A stretch of DNA of 64,000 bases, from contig CAWAHW010000002.1 in assembly GCA_963781885.1 (NCBI GenBank), positions 1,120,001 through 1,184,000 of the forward strand, in the 5' to 3' direction. Position 1 is the first letter of the stretch; each line of letters starts with the position of its first letter. Position numbers and translations under genes: made by a program. Of this stretch, positions 19,832 through 30,469 are shown in pieces. The DNA is from an uncultured Spirochaetota bacterium (GTDB lineage Bacteria > Spirochaetota > Spirochaetia > SZUA-6 > Fen-1364). The notes beneath the pieces were generated by a model. The model saw only the letters and a list, made by a program, of their open reading frames with translations, was not told the DNA's origin and made no database searches.

Positions 19832-20095
19832 ATGAACGCCAAGAAGCTTTACCTGGTGAAACTCTCTGACTTCTTGGTTGCCAATCAGAAAGCCATGTCT
19901 GGTCAGGAATTGGTAGAGCACTTGAACAGGAACAATTTCCTTACCAGTTACGGCACCGAATACCAAGGTGGCAGAGGCGTTTACCGACTACTGTCTCAAA
20001 CTTGGAAGTGGCTGACCGAGCTGGGTCTCACTGAAGAGGCAAAGAAGTTTCCGACTGCGTTTGTTCAGGGAAACGGTGAGTACCCTTGGGAATAA
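19832..20095 (+). CDS. small protein, possible recombinase-like HTH
   Basis: GAGG RBS; ELVEHLNRNNFLTSYGTEY resembles the LNxxGxxTxxGxxW/Y motif. Confidence 0.6.
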   Translation: MNAKKLYLVKLSDFLVANQKAMSGQELVEHLNRNNFLTSYGTEYQGGRGVYRLLSQTWKWLTELGLTEEAKKFPTAFVQGNGEYPWE

Positions 20096-20344
20096 ACCGA
20101 ACGAACGACATGATCGTTTTCGTGGCCGGTACTCCGGTGTTCTATCTGTGAACCCCCTCGTGATCAACTGATCAACTGCGGAGACTATTCCAAATTCTAC
20201 GCACTTTGCGCAATCTTAATGTCGCGGAAGACTGTTGCGCGGTCTCGCCGTCCTTGTTTGTAACCGTCAAAACAACCACACCTTGTAAAGAGGCCTTGAG
20301 GAATCAATCCTGAGCCCACGATTTGAGCGCTCAGGAGGTGATGC

Positions 20345-20686
20345 ATGGATCAAGTCCCCGCGAAAATGAAACAGCGGCGTCGCTCGGCTGCGGAATGGCG
20401 CGAGCTGATAAGTGCCTGGAAGCAAAGCGGCAAGACGCGCGAGATGTGGTGTCACGAGAACGGCGTGGGCATGGAATCCCTACGTCGATGGACGAAGCGG
20501 CTTCGAAGAGCAGACGCAGCCGTAGCCTTCGTCCAGATTGAGAAGTCCATTTCTGTTTCAACGAAGTCCGTCCCGATACACCTTCGCATCTTGGCAAGCG
20601 GCGATGTGGAGCTTCAGGGGGAGTTCAGCGAGGAGCTTCTTCGCCGAGTGTTACGTGTCGCACGGGAAGCGGCTGATGTTTCTTGA
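20345..20686 (+). CDS. tnpA: IS66 accessory protein TnpA
   Basis: EWRELISAWKQSG...WC...G HTH; first ORF inside the IR. Confidence 0.85.
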   Translation: MDQVPAKMKQRRRSAAEWRELISAWKQSGKTREMWCHENGVGMESLRRWTKRLRRADAAVAFVQIEKSISVSTKSVPIHLRILASGDVELQGEFSEELLRRVLRVAREAADVS

Positions 20687-20968
20687 GTGGGATCGGGTGA
20701 AGGTGTTTGTGCGCCCCGGTGGCACAGACCTGAGGAAACAGATCAACGGTCTGGCAGCGATGGCGCAAAGTGCGATGGCCGGGGATCCACTGTCCGGGAA
20801 CCTATTTCTGTTCAGCAATAAGGACCGGCATCTACTGAAGGCGCTGTACTGGGATCATAGCGGTTTTTGCCTGTGGCAGAAGCGCCTGGAGCGGGAGAAG
20901 TTTCCCTGGCCGCACACACAGGAGGCGGCACGCGAAATCAGCGTTGAGCAGCTTCGCATGCTGTTGAG

Positions 20969-21539
20969 TGAGACTTGATAACCCACCGCCTATGGCGGTG
21001 GTGATGTCCTGATGGCTATGCCGTAAGACGGAATGCGAATAAAATCGAAACATGACGAAATGGAAAAAACAATCGCACGTGGTCTACCAGTGCAGCTATC
21101 ACATAGTATGGTGCCCCAAGTATAGATTTCGAATACTTGAAGGTGCTGTAGCGAAGTACGTCGAAGGACGTATCAGGGCGATCTGCGAATGGAAGGATAG
21201 TGGAATAGAGGAACTGAATGTGATGAAAGATCATGTGCATCTGGTGGTAAACGTTCCTCCAAGGGTATCGATATCAGAACTGATGGGGATTTTGAAGGGC
21301 AAGACAGCAATAGGAATATTTCAAAACTACAAGAGCTTGAAGCGGAAACCATACTGGGGAAATCATTTCTGGAGCCGCGGCTATTGCGTAACGACGATAG
21401 GGCTGGATGAAGAGAAGATACGTCGCTACGTACGATACCAGGAAGAAAACGAGCGGCTCGAAGAGAAAGAGCACGAAGAAGCAGGCCTCTTTTAGAGGCC
21501 GGGGTTCAAAACCACCTCCTCTGGAGGTGGATGCTTTAT
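20969..21539 (+). mobile_element. IS200-type element, copy 2 (571 bp)
   Basis: Same sequence as 8827-9397; TTGAG target; no TSD; removing it restores tnpB. Confidence 0.95.
21052..21495 (+). CDS. tnpA: IS200/IS605-family Y1 transposase
   Basis: Identical protein to 8910-9353. Confidence 0.96.
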   Translation: MTKWKKQSHVVYQCSYHIVWCPKYRFRILEGAVAKYVEGRIRAICEWKDSGIEELNVMKDHVHLVVNVPPRVSISELMGILKGKTAIGIFQNYKSLKRKPYWGNHFWSRGYCVTTIGLDEEKIRRYVRYQEENERLEEKEHEEAGLF

Positions 21540-22825
21540 TGGGATCGACTTCTGGAACGCGCATCAGAAGCTGAGCTATCGAAGCGTCATATAGGACTAC
21601 CGGGGATACCGGCTCTCATGATAAAGTGCCCGGGTGAGCGACAAACTGGGAGCGCTACCGGACGGTGTGAAGGAGTTGCACGATCGTATTCGTCAGCTTG
21701 AGGCCAGCCTGGAGAAGGAACGTGCCGAGAAGATTGAATACCAGCACGAAGCTCTGAAGCATTTCGAGGAGATCCAGCTTCTGCGGCGACGGATATTCGG
21801 TCGCAGAGCGGAGAAGCTCAGCGAGGAAGACCGGCGTCAACTTCTGCTGTTCAACGAGGCTGAGGAAATTCTGGCGCAAGGCAGCGGGCAGCCTGAGGAG
21901 CAAACCGTCGAGGTTCGTGCTCATAGCCGACGAAAGAGCGGGCGCAAACCCCTGCCGCCCGAGATTCCCCGAGTCGAGACAATTCACGACATCAGCGAAG
22001 AAGAGAAGCAATGCGCCTGCGGGCAACAGATGGGCCGCATCGGGGAGGAGATCTGCGAAAAGCTTGAAGTGATCCCTGCCCGCATTCGGGTGCGCCGTCA
22101 CGTGCGGCCCAAGTATGCCTGCCATGCCTGCGAAGGCTCGGGAGACGAGAGTCGAGCAGCAGTTCGTATTGCTCCTGCTCCCGTACAGCTTCTGCCCAAA
22201 AGCATCGCCTCTCCCGCCCTTGTGGCTTACATCATGGTGGGCAAGTTCTGTGATTCCTTGCCGTTCTACCGCCAGGAGAAGCAGTTTGCGCGCATCGGAG
22301 TGGAGGTCAGCCGTCAGGACATGGCCAACTGGAGCATTGCGGTGTTTCAGAGGCTTCGGCCGCTTCGGGAGTTGATGCGTAGCCAGATCCGTCGAGGCCC
22401 TCTGGTGCAGATCGATGAGACGACGGTGCAGGTCATGGGGGAGCCCGGGCGGCCCAACACCTCAAAGAGCTTTATGTGGGTATTCCTGGGAGGAAACCCC
22501 GGTCAGCCTGTCGTAGAGTATCAGTACCATCCTACCCGCTCGGGCAAGATTCCTTTCGAGGCTCTACGAGGGTATGAAGGCTTCATCCAAACAGACGGCT
22601 ACGATGGTTATCAAGAGCTGGGAAGCCAACCGGGGATCGTGCATGTCGGATGCTGGGCACATGCCCGGAGAAAGTTCTTCGAGGCCAAGGAAGTCTCCAA
22701 GACCAAAGGCAGCGCCGATGTCGCCTTGGCCAGCATCAATGAGCTTTTCAAGATCGAACGGACGCTCAGAGACGAGGATCTTGCTCCCAATCAGTTCACA
22801 CAACGCCGTCGCGAGCAGACTGAAC

Positions 22826-24344
22826 CCTAACGTTGCATAAAAAGATCGCTATGCAGAGGCATCCAGGGCTGCCAGATATGTTTGGAACTCTTTACGTGTG
22901 ATTTCGTTGCCGCTCAGGGTAAGTCGTAGCCGCCCCTGCGGTCTGGTCAGTCGACCTGCCCTGTGGAGAAGCACCTGACGAATGGTCGTTGCCTCGCGGA
23001 AGCTCCATAAAGGTGACCGTTTCGCTGTCGTGGTCCGATCCTTTGTGCAGCTTTTGATATGAAGCTCACGAAAAAGATTATGCGCGATCACTGCCGAAAG
23101 AAAGTACCACTGGTTGCCGGCCAGGCGACGCACGGGGACATAATCCATCTGGCACTGGTCCTTCAATTCTGAGAACATGTTCTCCTGCGACGCCCTCCCG
23201 TTGTGAAACAAGAGGATTCCCTTCGCCTTACCTCGCTTGTTGGTGACGATCACCTTGAACTCGTAGCCTTCTTCGTGAGGAACAAAGAGCTCCAACTGGA
23301 CAGGTTCCTTTCGTTGCTTTTTCACCTTGTGGCGGAGGAACAGAAACCGATAGTGTTTGCTCCAGCAGTTCGGCGACCAGGGCAACTCGAAGTACGACCA
23401 CTCGGAATCCAGGCGCTGCCACGTGCTCCTGGATTCAATGATCTCCTTCAACTCGGAGAATCGCTCGAAGGGAACGGAGATGCTAAACTCGACTTTCTGG
23501 GAATCCAGAAAACTCACTGTTTCATCGCTGAAAAACGCTGAATCCTTACGCGACTCCACAATCACACCGGGCAGCTGAGCTCGCACCGCGGCCACGCACG
23601 CCCCAATGAAAGCAAGTGAGCCCTTGGAGTCGTGCACGTTGCCTGGCCGATGATGGGCATCCAGGACTTGACCGCTTTGCGCGACGGTGCAGAACAACGG
23701 GTAGTAGCTTCTGGCCCCCTTCTTTTTATCATTATACCCGATGGCCGTCCCCTCGGCGTAACGGCCGCTGGAGATCACCGAGCCATCGAAGTCCAAGGTG
23801 ACCCGTGCCAGCCCCTGATGTTCAAGACGTTGCAGGACCAAAGCACGATTGAACTCTTGAAGGTTGGCAACGCTGTGCGCATCAGCCCGACAGAGCATCC
23901 GACTCACCGTACAGACATGAGGCAGCCGCCGCAATCCCAGTGCTCGTCGAATCAGCGGGTCCTCTCGGTAGCGATCAATATCACGCAGCCGACGGTAGCC
24001 CAGCATCAAGTGCAGGATCATCAACAAGGCGACGCTGTGAAACCCTACCACGGAACCCTTCTTCCGATGGGTGAAGCATCGCTGTAGTTTGCCCGCGACA
24101 TCCATGTTTTTGAAAAGGGCTTGTAGTACCACGGTCCCAGAAAAAGATGTCAAGCGTTGATCTTCGAAGCGAAGCTCGGGGAACTTGTAGACGCGGGAGT
24201 GGATTTGTGCTCTACTGGGTTTCACGTTTGGTGGCCTCCTGGTCGGTAGATCTGACTCTTGGCGGAATCAGGATTTGCCATATCAGGACGCCACTTTTTC
24301 ATCTACACGTCAAGCGAATATCTGCCTTTTATGCATCTGTAAGG
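22826..24344 (-). mobile_element. IS1380-family element, copy 2, complete (1519 bp)
   Basis: Imperfect IRs CCTTACAGATGCATAAAA / CCTAACGTTGCATAAAA; 5-bp TSD TGAAC at 22821-22825 and 24345-24349. Confidence 0.95.
22849..24225 (-). CDS. IS1380-family transposase (intact)
   Basis: 458 aa, same protein as copy 1 but with the native C-terminus LDASA*. Confidence 0.93.
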   Translation of the reverse strand: MKPSRAQIHSRVYKFPELRFEDQRLTSFSGTVVLQALFKNMDVAGKLQRCFTHRKKGSVVGFHSVALLMILHLMLGYRRLRDIDRYREDPLIRRALGLRRLPHVCTVSRMLCRADAHSVANLQEFNRALVLQRLEHQGLARVTLDFDGSVISSGRYAEGTAIGYNDKKKGARSYYPLFCTVAQSGQVLDAHHRPGNVHDSKGSLAFIGACVAAVRAQLPGVIVESRKDSAFFSDETVSFLDSQKVEFSISVPFERFSELKEIIESRSTWQRLDSEWSYFELPWSPNCWSKHYRFLFLRHKVKKQRKEPVQLELFVPHEEGYEFKVIVTNKRGKAKGILLFHNGRASQENMFSELKDQCQMDYVPVRRLAGNQWYFLSAVIAHNLFRELHIKSCTKDRTTTAKRSPLWSFREATTIRQVLLHRAGRLTRPQGRLRLTLSGNEITRKEFQTYLAALDASA

Positions 24345-25351
24345 TGAACCTGTACTTGAGAAGCTGCGCGTATGGCTGGAGGAGCGCGAGGGTCAGATCC
24401 CTCCGTCCACGACGCTGGGCAAGGCGATCGGCTACACCGTCGGGCAGTGGCCCAAGCTCATCCGTTACCTGGACAGCCCGCTGTTGGCTCCCGACAACAA
24501 TGCCTGCGAGAGGGCCATTCGGCCCTTTGTGATCGGACGCAAGAACTGGATGCTGTCAGGAAGCCCCGCAGGAGCGGAAGCCAGCGCGGCATGGTACAGC
24601 CTCATCGAAACCGCGAAGAGCAACGGCGTTGAGCCCTATCTGTACTTGTGTTACATCCTCGCCAGATTGCCCGACAGCAACAACCCTGCAGACTTTCAAT
24701 TCCTTCTGCCCTGGAATATTTCAAAAGAATCCTTGCTCGATTTCCAGTCGGGACGTCTGGCCTGAGTTCATTACCGCAAGACGCCTCGCGGCTACGCACA
24801 CAGGGGTGTGGTTGTTTTGACGGTTACCCTTGTTTGAAGAGGAAATGGAAGTCCCTCGTCAGGGGCTTGGCAAGGGAGGCGAGGATGCCAAGGAGAAGGC
24901 GCGTATCCGATCGATCGGCCATCGAAAGGTAACTTTAATGGGATTTGCTATTGCCTTGCTGAGGCGTGGCGGACGAAAGGGGAGGGGGATGGCTCCTCCT
25001 TTACTACTGTAGATGCCCTCTGCGGGGAAGAATGCCGCACTCAGGGTCACATCTGCTGCGCCGACGGAAGTCCGGGTGTAGTCCCTTATAGCAAGTCCTT
25101 ACAAAATGGTGAGTTGCTTTGCTCCAAATCAGGTGCAAGCTGAGGTAGGACTTCCGGCCCCAGCCCCTCAAAATGGCGCAGGGGCGATTTGTTCCCCAGG
25201 AGGCCCAAGGGCCAATGGAGGGGATATTGCGCCTTACGGTGACCTACCAAATGCTTTCTTGACGAAGGTAGCATGTCTCATCAGAAAAAGCTGCTCGTGC
25301 GCATCGTGAACTCTTCATGCCAGGGGGTATTGCCCGTGACATTAGAGAATG

Positions 25352-25365
25352 CTATACATGTATAG
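25352..25365. promoter_or_regulatory. palindromic operator of the TA operon
   Basis: Perfect palindrome CTATACATGTATAG overlapping a TGnTATACA -10-like element just before the RBS. Confidence 0.7.
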
Positions 25366-25374
25366 AAGGAGCGA

Positions 25375-25599
25375 ATGATGCTGGCACTGCGACTACCGGA
25401 TGACATAGAGAGACGACTCGACACCCTGGCTAAGCGCACAGGACGGTCCAAATCTTACTATGCCCGCGAAGCGATCGTCGAGCACCTTGAAGACTTGGAG
25501 GACATTTACCTCGCGGAAAAAGAACTACTGAAAATTCGCCGCGGCGCGCCGACCCACAGTCTGGATGACATCATGAAAGAATATGGGCTGGAAGGTTAG
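25375..25599 (+). CDS. ribbon-helix-helix antitoxin (RelB/CopG-like)
   Basis: MLALRLPDDIERRLDTLAKRTGRSKSYYAREAI...LEDIYLAE. Confidence 0.9.
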   Translation: MMLALRLPDDIERRLDTLAKRTGRSKSYYAREAIVEHLEDLEDIYLAEKELLKIRRGAPTHSLDDIMKEYGLEG

Positions 25600-25852
25600 G
25601 CTGAGCGATCGTGCACGGAGGGACCTGAAGAAGCTCGATCGGCAAGTAGCAACACGGGTACTGAGATTCTTTCACGAGAGAATCGAAGGCGGGAAAGACC
25701 CTCGCGGCATCGGGGCTGCGCTCATGGGCTCGGAGATGGGAGAGTTTTGGAAGTATCGCATTGGTGACTGGCGGGCTGTCTGCTCGATCCAAGACGAAGG
25801 TTTCCTTGTCATAGTGCTCACAGTCAAACATCGCAGCCGAGTCTATAAGTAA
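25583..25852 (+). CDS. RelE/StbE-family toxin
   Basis: DPRGIGAAL, WKYRIGDWR and HRSRVYK motifs; overlaps the antitoxin gene. Confidence 0.9.
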   Translation: MGWKVRLSDRARRDLKKLDRQVATRVLRFFHERIEGGKDPRGIGAALMGSEMGEFWKYRIGDWRAVCSIQDEGFLVIVLTVKHRSRVYK

Positions 25853-26189
25853 CTTGTAGGTTAAAGCGGCGACTTGAAAGCGGCGTAAGCAAGCAGCCGA
25901 AAACCTCACTATGGCCCACTATACGCTCCCGCGATCGGCTCTGCGGGTGAGACCTTATCCGGATGAGCTGCTCTGACCAGGCTGCCGGGCGGTACAAAAA
26001 GATTTGGTAGACCTGTTGCTTACATAGGGGAGTTGTCTGATTCGTTCCCAGTGGACCGGCAGCTCCAGAAAGCTTCACTATGACGGCAAACAATCCACCA
26101 ACCTGCCGAGTCGACCGTCGTGCTCGCCAGTGTTGAATTAGGCGGCGCGGGCATCTGTCCATTACGGCAGATCAGTACTTCGTCATCCA

Positions 26190-26245
26190 GACCGTGGAGG
26201 AAGCCCGGCGCCGCTATGGGCAGCCGCAGATATTCAACACTGATC
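26190..26245 (+). pseudogene. IS3-family transposase fragment
   Basis: VEEARRRYGQPQIFNTD matches the segment just before the DQGSQF motif of IS3 integrase cores. Confidence 0.6.
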
Positions 26246-26670
26246 TTTGCCAGGGTCGGGCCAAACCCTTGATTCGAGACGCGCCTCTGCAACGATGGTC
26301 GGGAGACTTTACGGCTGCAGCTGATAGCGAGAGGCATGCACGACCCATGGCTCGCTCATGTATGTTTCTTGTTCCATCTTGCGGGGATGCACCTCTATGC
26401 TTCATAGGATATGTTCCATTTTGTACCAATTGATCCACACGACGGAACAACGAACATTGCCGTAAAAATCGGTAAGATAAATCATAATTCTAGGAAAAAG
26501 AAGCTTATCAATACACTAATAGATTGAATAGACATAATTGACATGACAATTTGGAGTTTAAGAAAGCATAAGAGCGTGGCACGCATATTGCGTTATGAAG
26601 CGTAGCCGTTGGCTGTCTTATGGGGTTTGAGGGTAAGCGCTAATTCAACCACACCCCTCATTGATGTGGC

Positions 26671-27283
26671 TCAGAGAGCGGCGGTTTCGAAGTCTTTGAT
26701 GGTCAATTGCTGGGGAGTCAGTGCTCGGTAATCAGCGCGGCTTTGCACGAAGGGCAGCTTGGTGAAAACGTATCTCAGGTATCGGTAGGGTTCGATTCCG
26801 TTCGCCTTCGCTGTTTCGATCAAACTGTAGAGCGTTGCACTGGCATGGGCTCCCCGGGGGGAGCCACTGAAGAGCCAGTTCTTTCTGCCTATCACGAAAG
26901 GACGGATCGCATTCTCAATCATGTTCGTGTCGGGCGTGAGGTAGGGGTTATCAAGGTAGCGCTGTAGTTTCTCCCACTCCTTGAGGGCGTAATTCACAGC
27001 TTTGCCCAGGAGGGCAGAAGGCGGAACCTGGAGAGTTTTCACTTCGAGCCATTCCTTGAAGTCCCGCAGAATCGGCTGGACCTGCTCCTTTCGATTCTGG
27101 AGAAACGCCTCAGGGGATAACTGCTGGACGCGTAGATCCCTCTCGATGCGGTAGAAGAAGCCTCAGCTCTTCCTCCAACACAGTGGCTCTGCTGCTGAGG
27201 AAAGAGACTTCATTCTGAAGGCGGACAACCAGTTGCTGAAGCCCCTGGACATCCGCAGGCAAGATGACGGATTCCTCTCCCAT
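26671..27283 (-). pseudogene. tnpC: IS66 tnpC with a large internal deletion
   Basis: N-terminus MGEESV...EEELRLL is joined out of frame at ~27155 to FYRIERDL...ENAIRPFVIGRKNW; the catalytic middle is absent. Confidence 0.9.
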
Positions 27284-27341
27284 GACGCGCTGAACTGTAA
27301 CAGAGCACAATGAAAGAGGTCAATGGTTTTGCAAGAGAAAA

Positions 27342-27689
27342 TCAGGAAACCTGTCGGTAATCCAACTTTTTGTGAGCGTGCCAGAAATCAATACCTTGCA
27401 GCAGAAAGCCCAACTGCTCGCCGGTAATCTCTGCTGCCTCCGTCTGATTTGTCGGCCAGGGGAACTTGTCCTTCTCCAGGCGCTTTAGCCACAGGCAGAA
27501 ACCGTTCTTGTCCCAGTAGATGATTTTCAGAATGCGTCTGTGTTTGTTGCAGAAGAGGAACAGGTTTCCTTCAAATGGATCCATGTGTAGCTCATCGGAG
27601 ACGAGCATCGAAAGGCCGTTGATTTGCTTTCGCATGTCAGTAGCCCCGGGCTTCACGAACATCCTGACCTTTGTCCAATCAAGGATCAT
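27342..27689 (-). CDS. tnpB: IS66 TnpB
   Basis: TDMRKQINGL and YWDKNGFCLWLKRLE motifs. Confidence 0.92.
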   Translation of the reverse strand: MILDWTKVRMFVKPGATDMRKQINGLSMLVSDELHMDPFEGNLFLFCNKHRRILKIIYWDKNGFCLWLKRLEKDKFPWPTNQTEAAEITGEQLGFLLQGIDFWHAHKKLDYRQVS

Positions 27690-27989
27690 CCCAGGCTCTC
27701 CAGAGCCTTGATCAGCTCCGCGAATAGCAGGGCGTTGAAACCGTCCCGTATTTCAATGCGGTATCTATCGGCGACGACTACCTCAAGACAGCTCTTCACG
27801 GCTGCAATCCCTTGGGCCTTCAATTCAACCAGTCCATTCAGACCTCTCTACCTCGCGGACCCTCGAAAACCAATAGTCCAGGGTTGATAGTTTCAGATGA
27901 TTCTTCGCACAGAAAGCCCGCCGCGTTGACCCGCTCTTTTGGAATGCATCGCGTCGTCTTTTCCAAAGCTCCAGCTTCTGGGACTTCAC
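27686..27989 (-). pseudogene. tnpA: IS66 TnpA with a single-base frameshift at ~27840
   Basis: GTG start with GGAGG; SGSTRRAFC...STLDYW; the second frame ends at an ATGA overlap with tnpB. Confidence 0.75.
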
Positions 27990-28096
27990 CTTTGCCTCCG
28001 TTTGATCGATTGCTCGGGCAAGGATGCCATCCACCGAACGCTGGCGGTAGGTGCGGTTGATTTAGCGGTTACGTTTGAGGGGAGGATGGAATCCGA

Positions 28097-30221
28097 ATGA
28101 ACACAAAAGCAGGGTTGACGATTTTTGTGAAGCTCCTTGGGGTATTCGTAATCCTCATCGTCTTCATTGGAGCGGTCTGGCTAGGTCTCCTGGTCATTTT
28201 TTACCAGAGAATCCAGATCGCAAATCAGGCCCAGACACTCGCGTTGCAGATCAATGCGCAGACTCTCCAAGCGCGTCGATACGAGAAAAACTTCCAATTG
28301 CGCGACCTGGATACGGCGCCGCTCTATGAGAACGGCGAAGTGGCGGACCTCACAAACCAAGCGGCCGCGGTGACCAGCTTGAAGACTTTCATCGACCAGC
28401 TGGAAAAGCTGAACGCGCTCCATGACCCCGGGACCGTGGAGAATCTGCGAGCGTCCGTCAACGCCTACCAGACGTCGTTCACCTCACTCGTTGATGCTTA
28501 TCGTCGGGCGGGCGCACGTAGCTGGGGTCTCAAGGGGCAGTGGACGGGGGTGGCCAACTCGCTGGAGCAAGAGCTGGCGGCGGTCCGCAATAATAAAGAC
28601 ATCACCATCAGCTATCTTGCGCTGCGACGTGACGAGAAAAACTATCTTCTACGGGGGGACGCAGCCTACGTCACCGCGGTGGGTGACGACGCAGCCGGCT
28701 TGGAGCATGAGATTCGCGCTGTTGGAGAGCCGCTGCGGACCAGCCTTCTTTCCGACCTAAGCGCGTATACGGATAACTTTCAGCAGTATCTCAAGGTTCA
28801 GAATGAAATCGGGATCACGGAAACCGAAGGGCTGCAGGGAGACATGCGGACCGCCATCAACAAGGTGGAGCCGATGGTCGTCGCGATTGTCGTAGAAACC
28901 CAGAAGCTGGTCGCGCGCCAGACCCAGCAGGCGACACAAGCGGCTGATCCTGGCGATCGTTATTGTCATGCTCCTTGGAGCAGGGATCTTCGCATTGCTG
29001 GGCCGCGCCATATCCTCGCCTATCGCACAGGTGGTGCACGTGCTGGCGGGGCTGGCGGAAGGAGACCTCACACACGGCGTTGATGAACGGCTTCTTCGCA
29101 AACGCGACGAGGTGGGCGTGCTCGCGCATGCCGCGCAGACGATGACGACAAAGCTCACGGGAATAGTGTCCACGATCCAGGACAGCTCCGTGCAGATCGC
29201 CTCCTCCAGCGAGCAGATCACCGCAAGCGCCCAGAAGCTGGCCGAAGGCGCGCAGACCCAGGAATCGACACTGGAAGAAACGAGCGCTTCGGTGGAAGAG
29301 CTGACCGCGTCGGTGAACCAGGTGGCCGAGCATGCGCAGTCGCAGGCAGCGGCCGTGGAGGAGGGTTCGAGCTCCATGGCGCAGATCCGCGAGGCAGTGC
29401 AGAAAGTCGCGAACAATCTGACGGAGATCGCGACCCTCGCGGGCAAGTCGGTGGAAAACGCCGTGGGGGGTGCGCACGCGGTGGCACAGGTCGTCGACGG
29501 CATCAATTTGATCGCGGCGAGCTCGGAAAAGGTCGGCGGCATCGTCGCGGTCATCGCGGATATCGCGGACCAGACAACCTCCGCCATCATTTTTGCCACT
29601 CCTCATCATGAACGGGCAAGTGGTAAAGGCACGGGGTTGGGGCTCTCCACCGTATATGCGGTAATCACCCAGGGAGGAGGCTCTATCACGGCATCGAGCC
29701 TTCCCGGTGAGGGAACCCATTTCACGATCTGTCTTCCCCGTGCTTCAGGGACTCGCGAAGCGATGCCTCTGACACCCGGGAACCAAGTTTCCCGTGTGTC
29801 GCGGAGGGTGGTGATGGTCGTCGAGGATGACGAGCACATCAGGCGTTTTATGCGCGGGGTATTTCAGACGCACGGATATGGAGTGCTGACCGCGTGTGAC
29901 GGTATGGAGGCGCTCGAGGTGATCATGCAGCGAGCGGGTGACATTGACGCGCTGATAACCGACATCATCATGCCCCAAATGAACGGAAGAGAGCTGGCTG
30001 AGAAGGTGCATTCCCTTTTTTCACGGGTGCCAATTGTCCTGGTCTCTGGCTATTCGTTCGAATCGCCCGAGAGCCTGGAGCCAATGTGTGGACGCGTGCA
30101 TTTCCTCCGCAAGCCATTCACCGCTTCAAGCCTCGTTGGTGCCCTGGAAATGTGCTTCTTATCCGGGGACGGAGGTCCTGTCATGCCGCAAAGCAGTCGA
30201 TGTTCCTCGGGCGACCAGTGA
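28097..30221 (+). pseudogene. chimera of a methyl-accepting chemotaxis protein (truncated at the hairpin tip) fused in frame to the C-terminal part of a hybrid histidine kinase plus receiver; frameshift at ~28938
   Basis: TM-sensor-TM-HAMP-MA up to IADIADQT, then GKGTGLGLSTVY (G2 box), GEGTHFTICLP and a receiver (VVEDD, TDIIMP, KPF). Confidence 0.8.
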
Positions 30222-30469
30222 GCGTTTACTATCGGCCCTCCCGAATCGTGCTATCTGGGGCCGATTCGCCGGAATTGGCTTTCGTTCTGCGCGAAAGTTC
30301 AACCAATCATCGAGAGAAACTCAGTGAGTTCTGGATAGTCGATCAGTTGCTCAGGAAAAAAAGTAACCATGACGGGGAATTCGGCTGATGCACGACACCT
30401 TCACCCATGATCCATTCAGAAAAGAGCAGGAGCACGATGCCTAGGTTTCGGTTGAAGTCCCCAGCTTTA

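Larger units (their letters stand above)
20676..21594 (+). pseudogene. tnpB: IS66 TnpB interrupted by IS200
   Basis: TDLRKQINGL...LYWDHSGFCLWQKRLE; resumes in frame after the IS as GIDFWNAHQKLSYRSVI*. Confidence 0.92.
21634..24765 (+). pseudogene. tnpC: IS66 transposase TnpC interrupted by IS1380
   Basis: Zn ribbon, DETT, TDGY and CWAHARRKF motifs; resumes in frame after the IS as EPVLEKL...DNNACERAIRP. Confidence 0.93.
20260..24827 (+). mobile_element. IS66-family element no. 1, with nested IS200 and IS1380
   Basis: Perfect 23-bp IR GTAACCGTCAAAACAACCACACC; 8-bp TSD CCTTGTTT at 20252-20259 and 24828-24835. Confidence 0.96.
26633..28072 (-). mobile_element. IS66-family element no. 2, internally deleted (1440 bp)
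   Basis: IRs GTAAGCGCTAATTCAACCACACC / GTAACCGCTAAATCAACCGCACC; 8-bp TSD GTTTGAGG at 26625-26632 and 28073-28080. Confidence 0.95.

Noticed and set aside
20676-21594. 'tnpB' beside IS200 tnpA as an RNA-guided TnpB nuclease
   Set aside because: It is the unrelated ~115-aa IS66 accessory TnpB with no RuvC or Zn finger; the IS200 carries tnpA only
24836-25320. Short ORFs between IS66 and the TA module
   Set aside because: No RBS or motif support; probably decayed DNA
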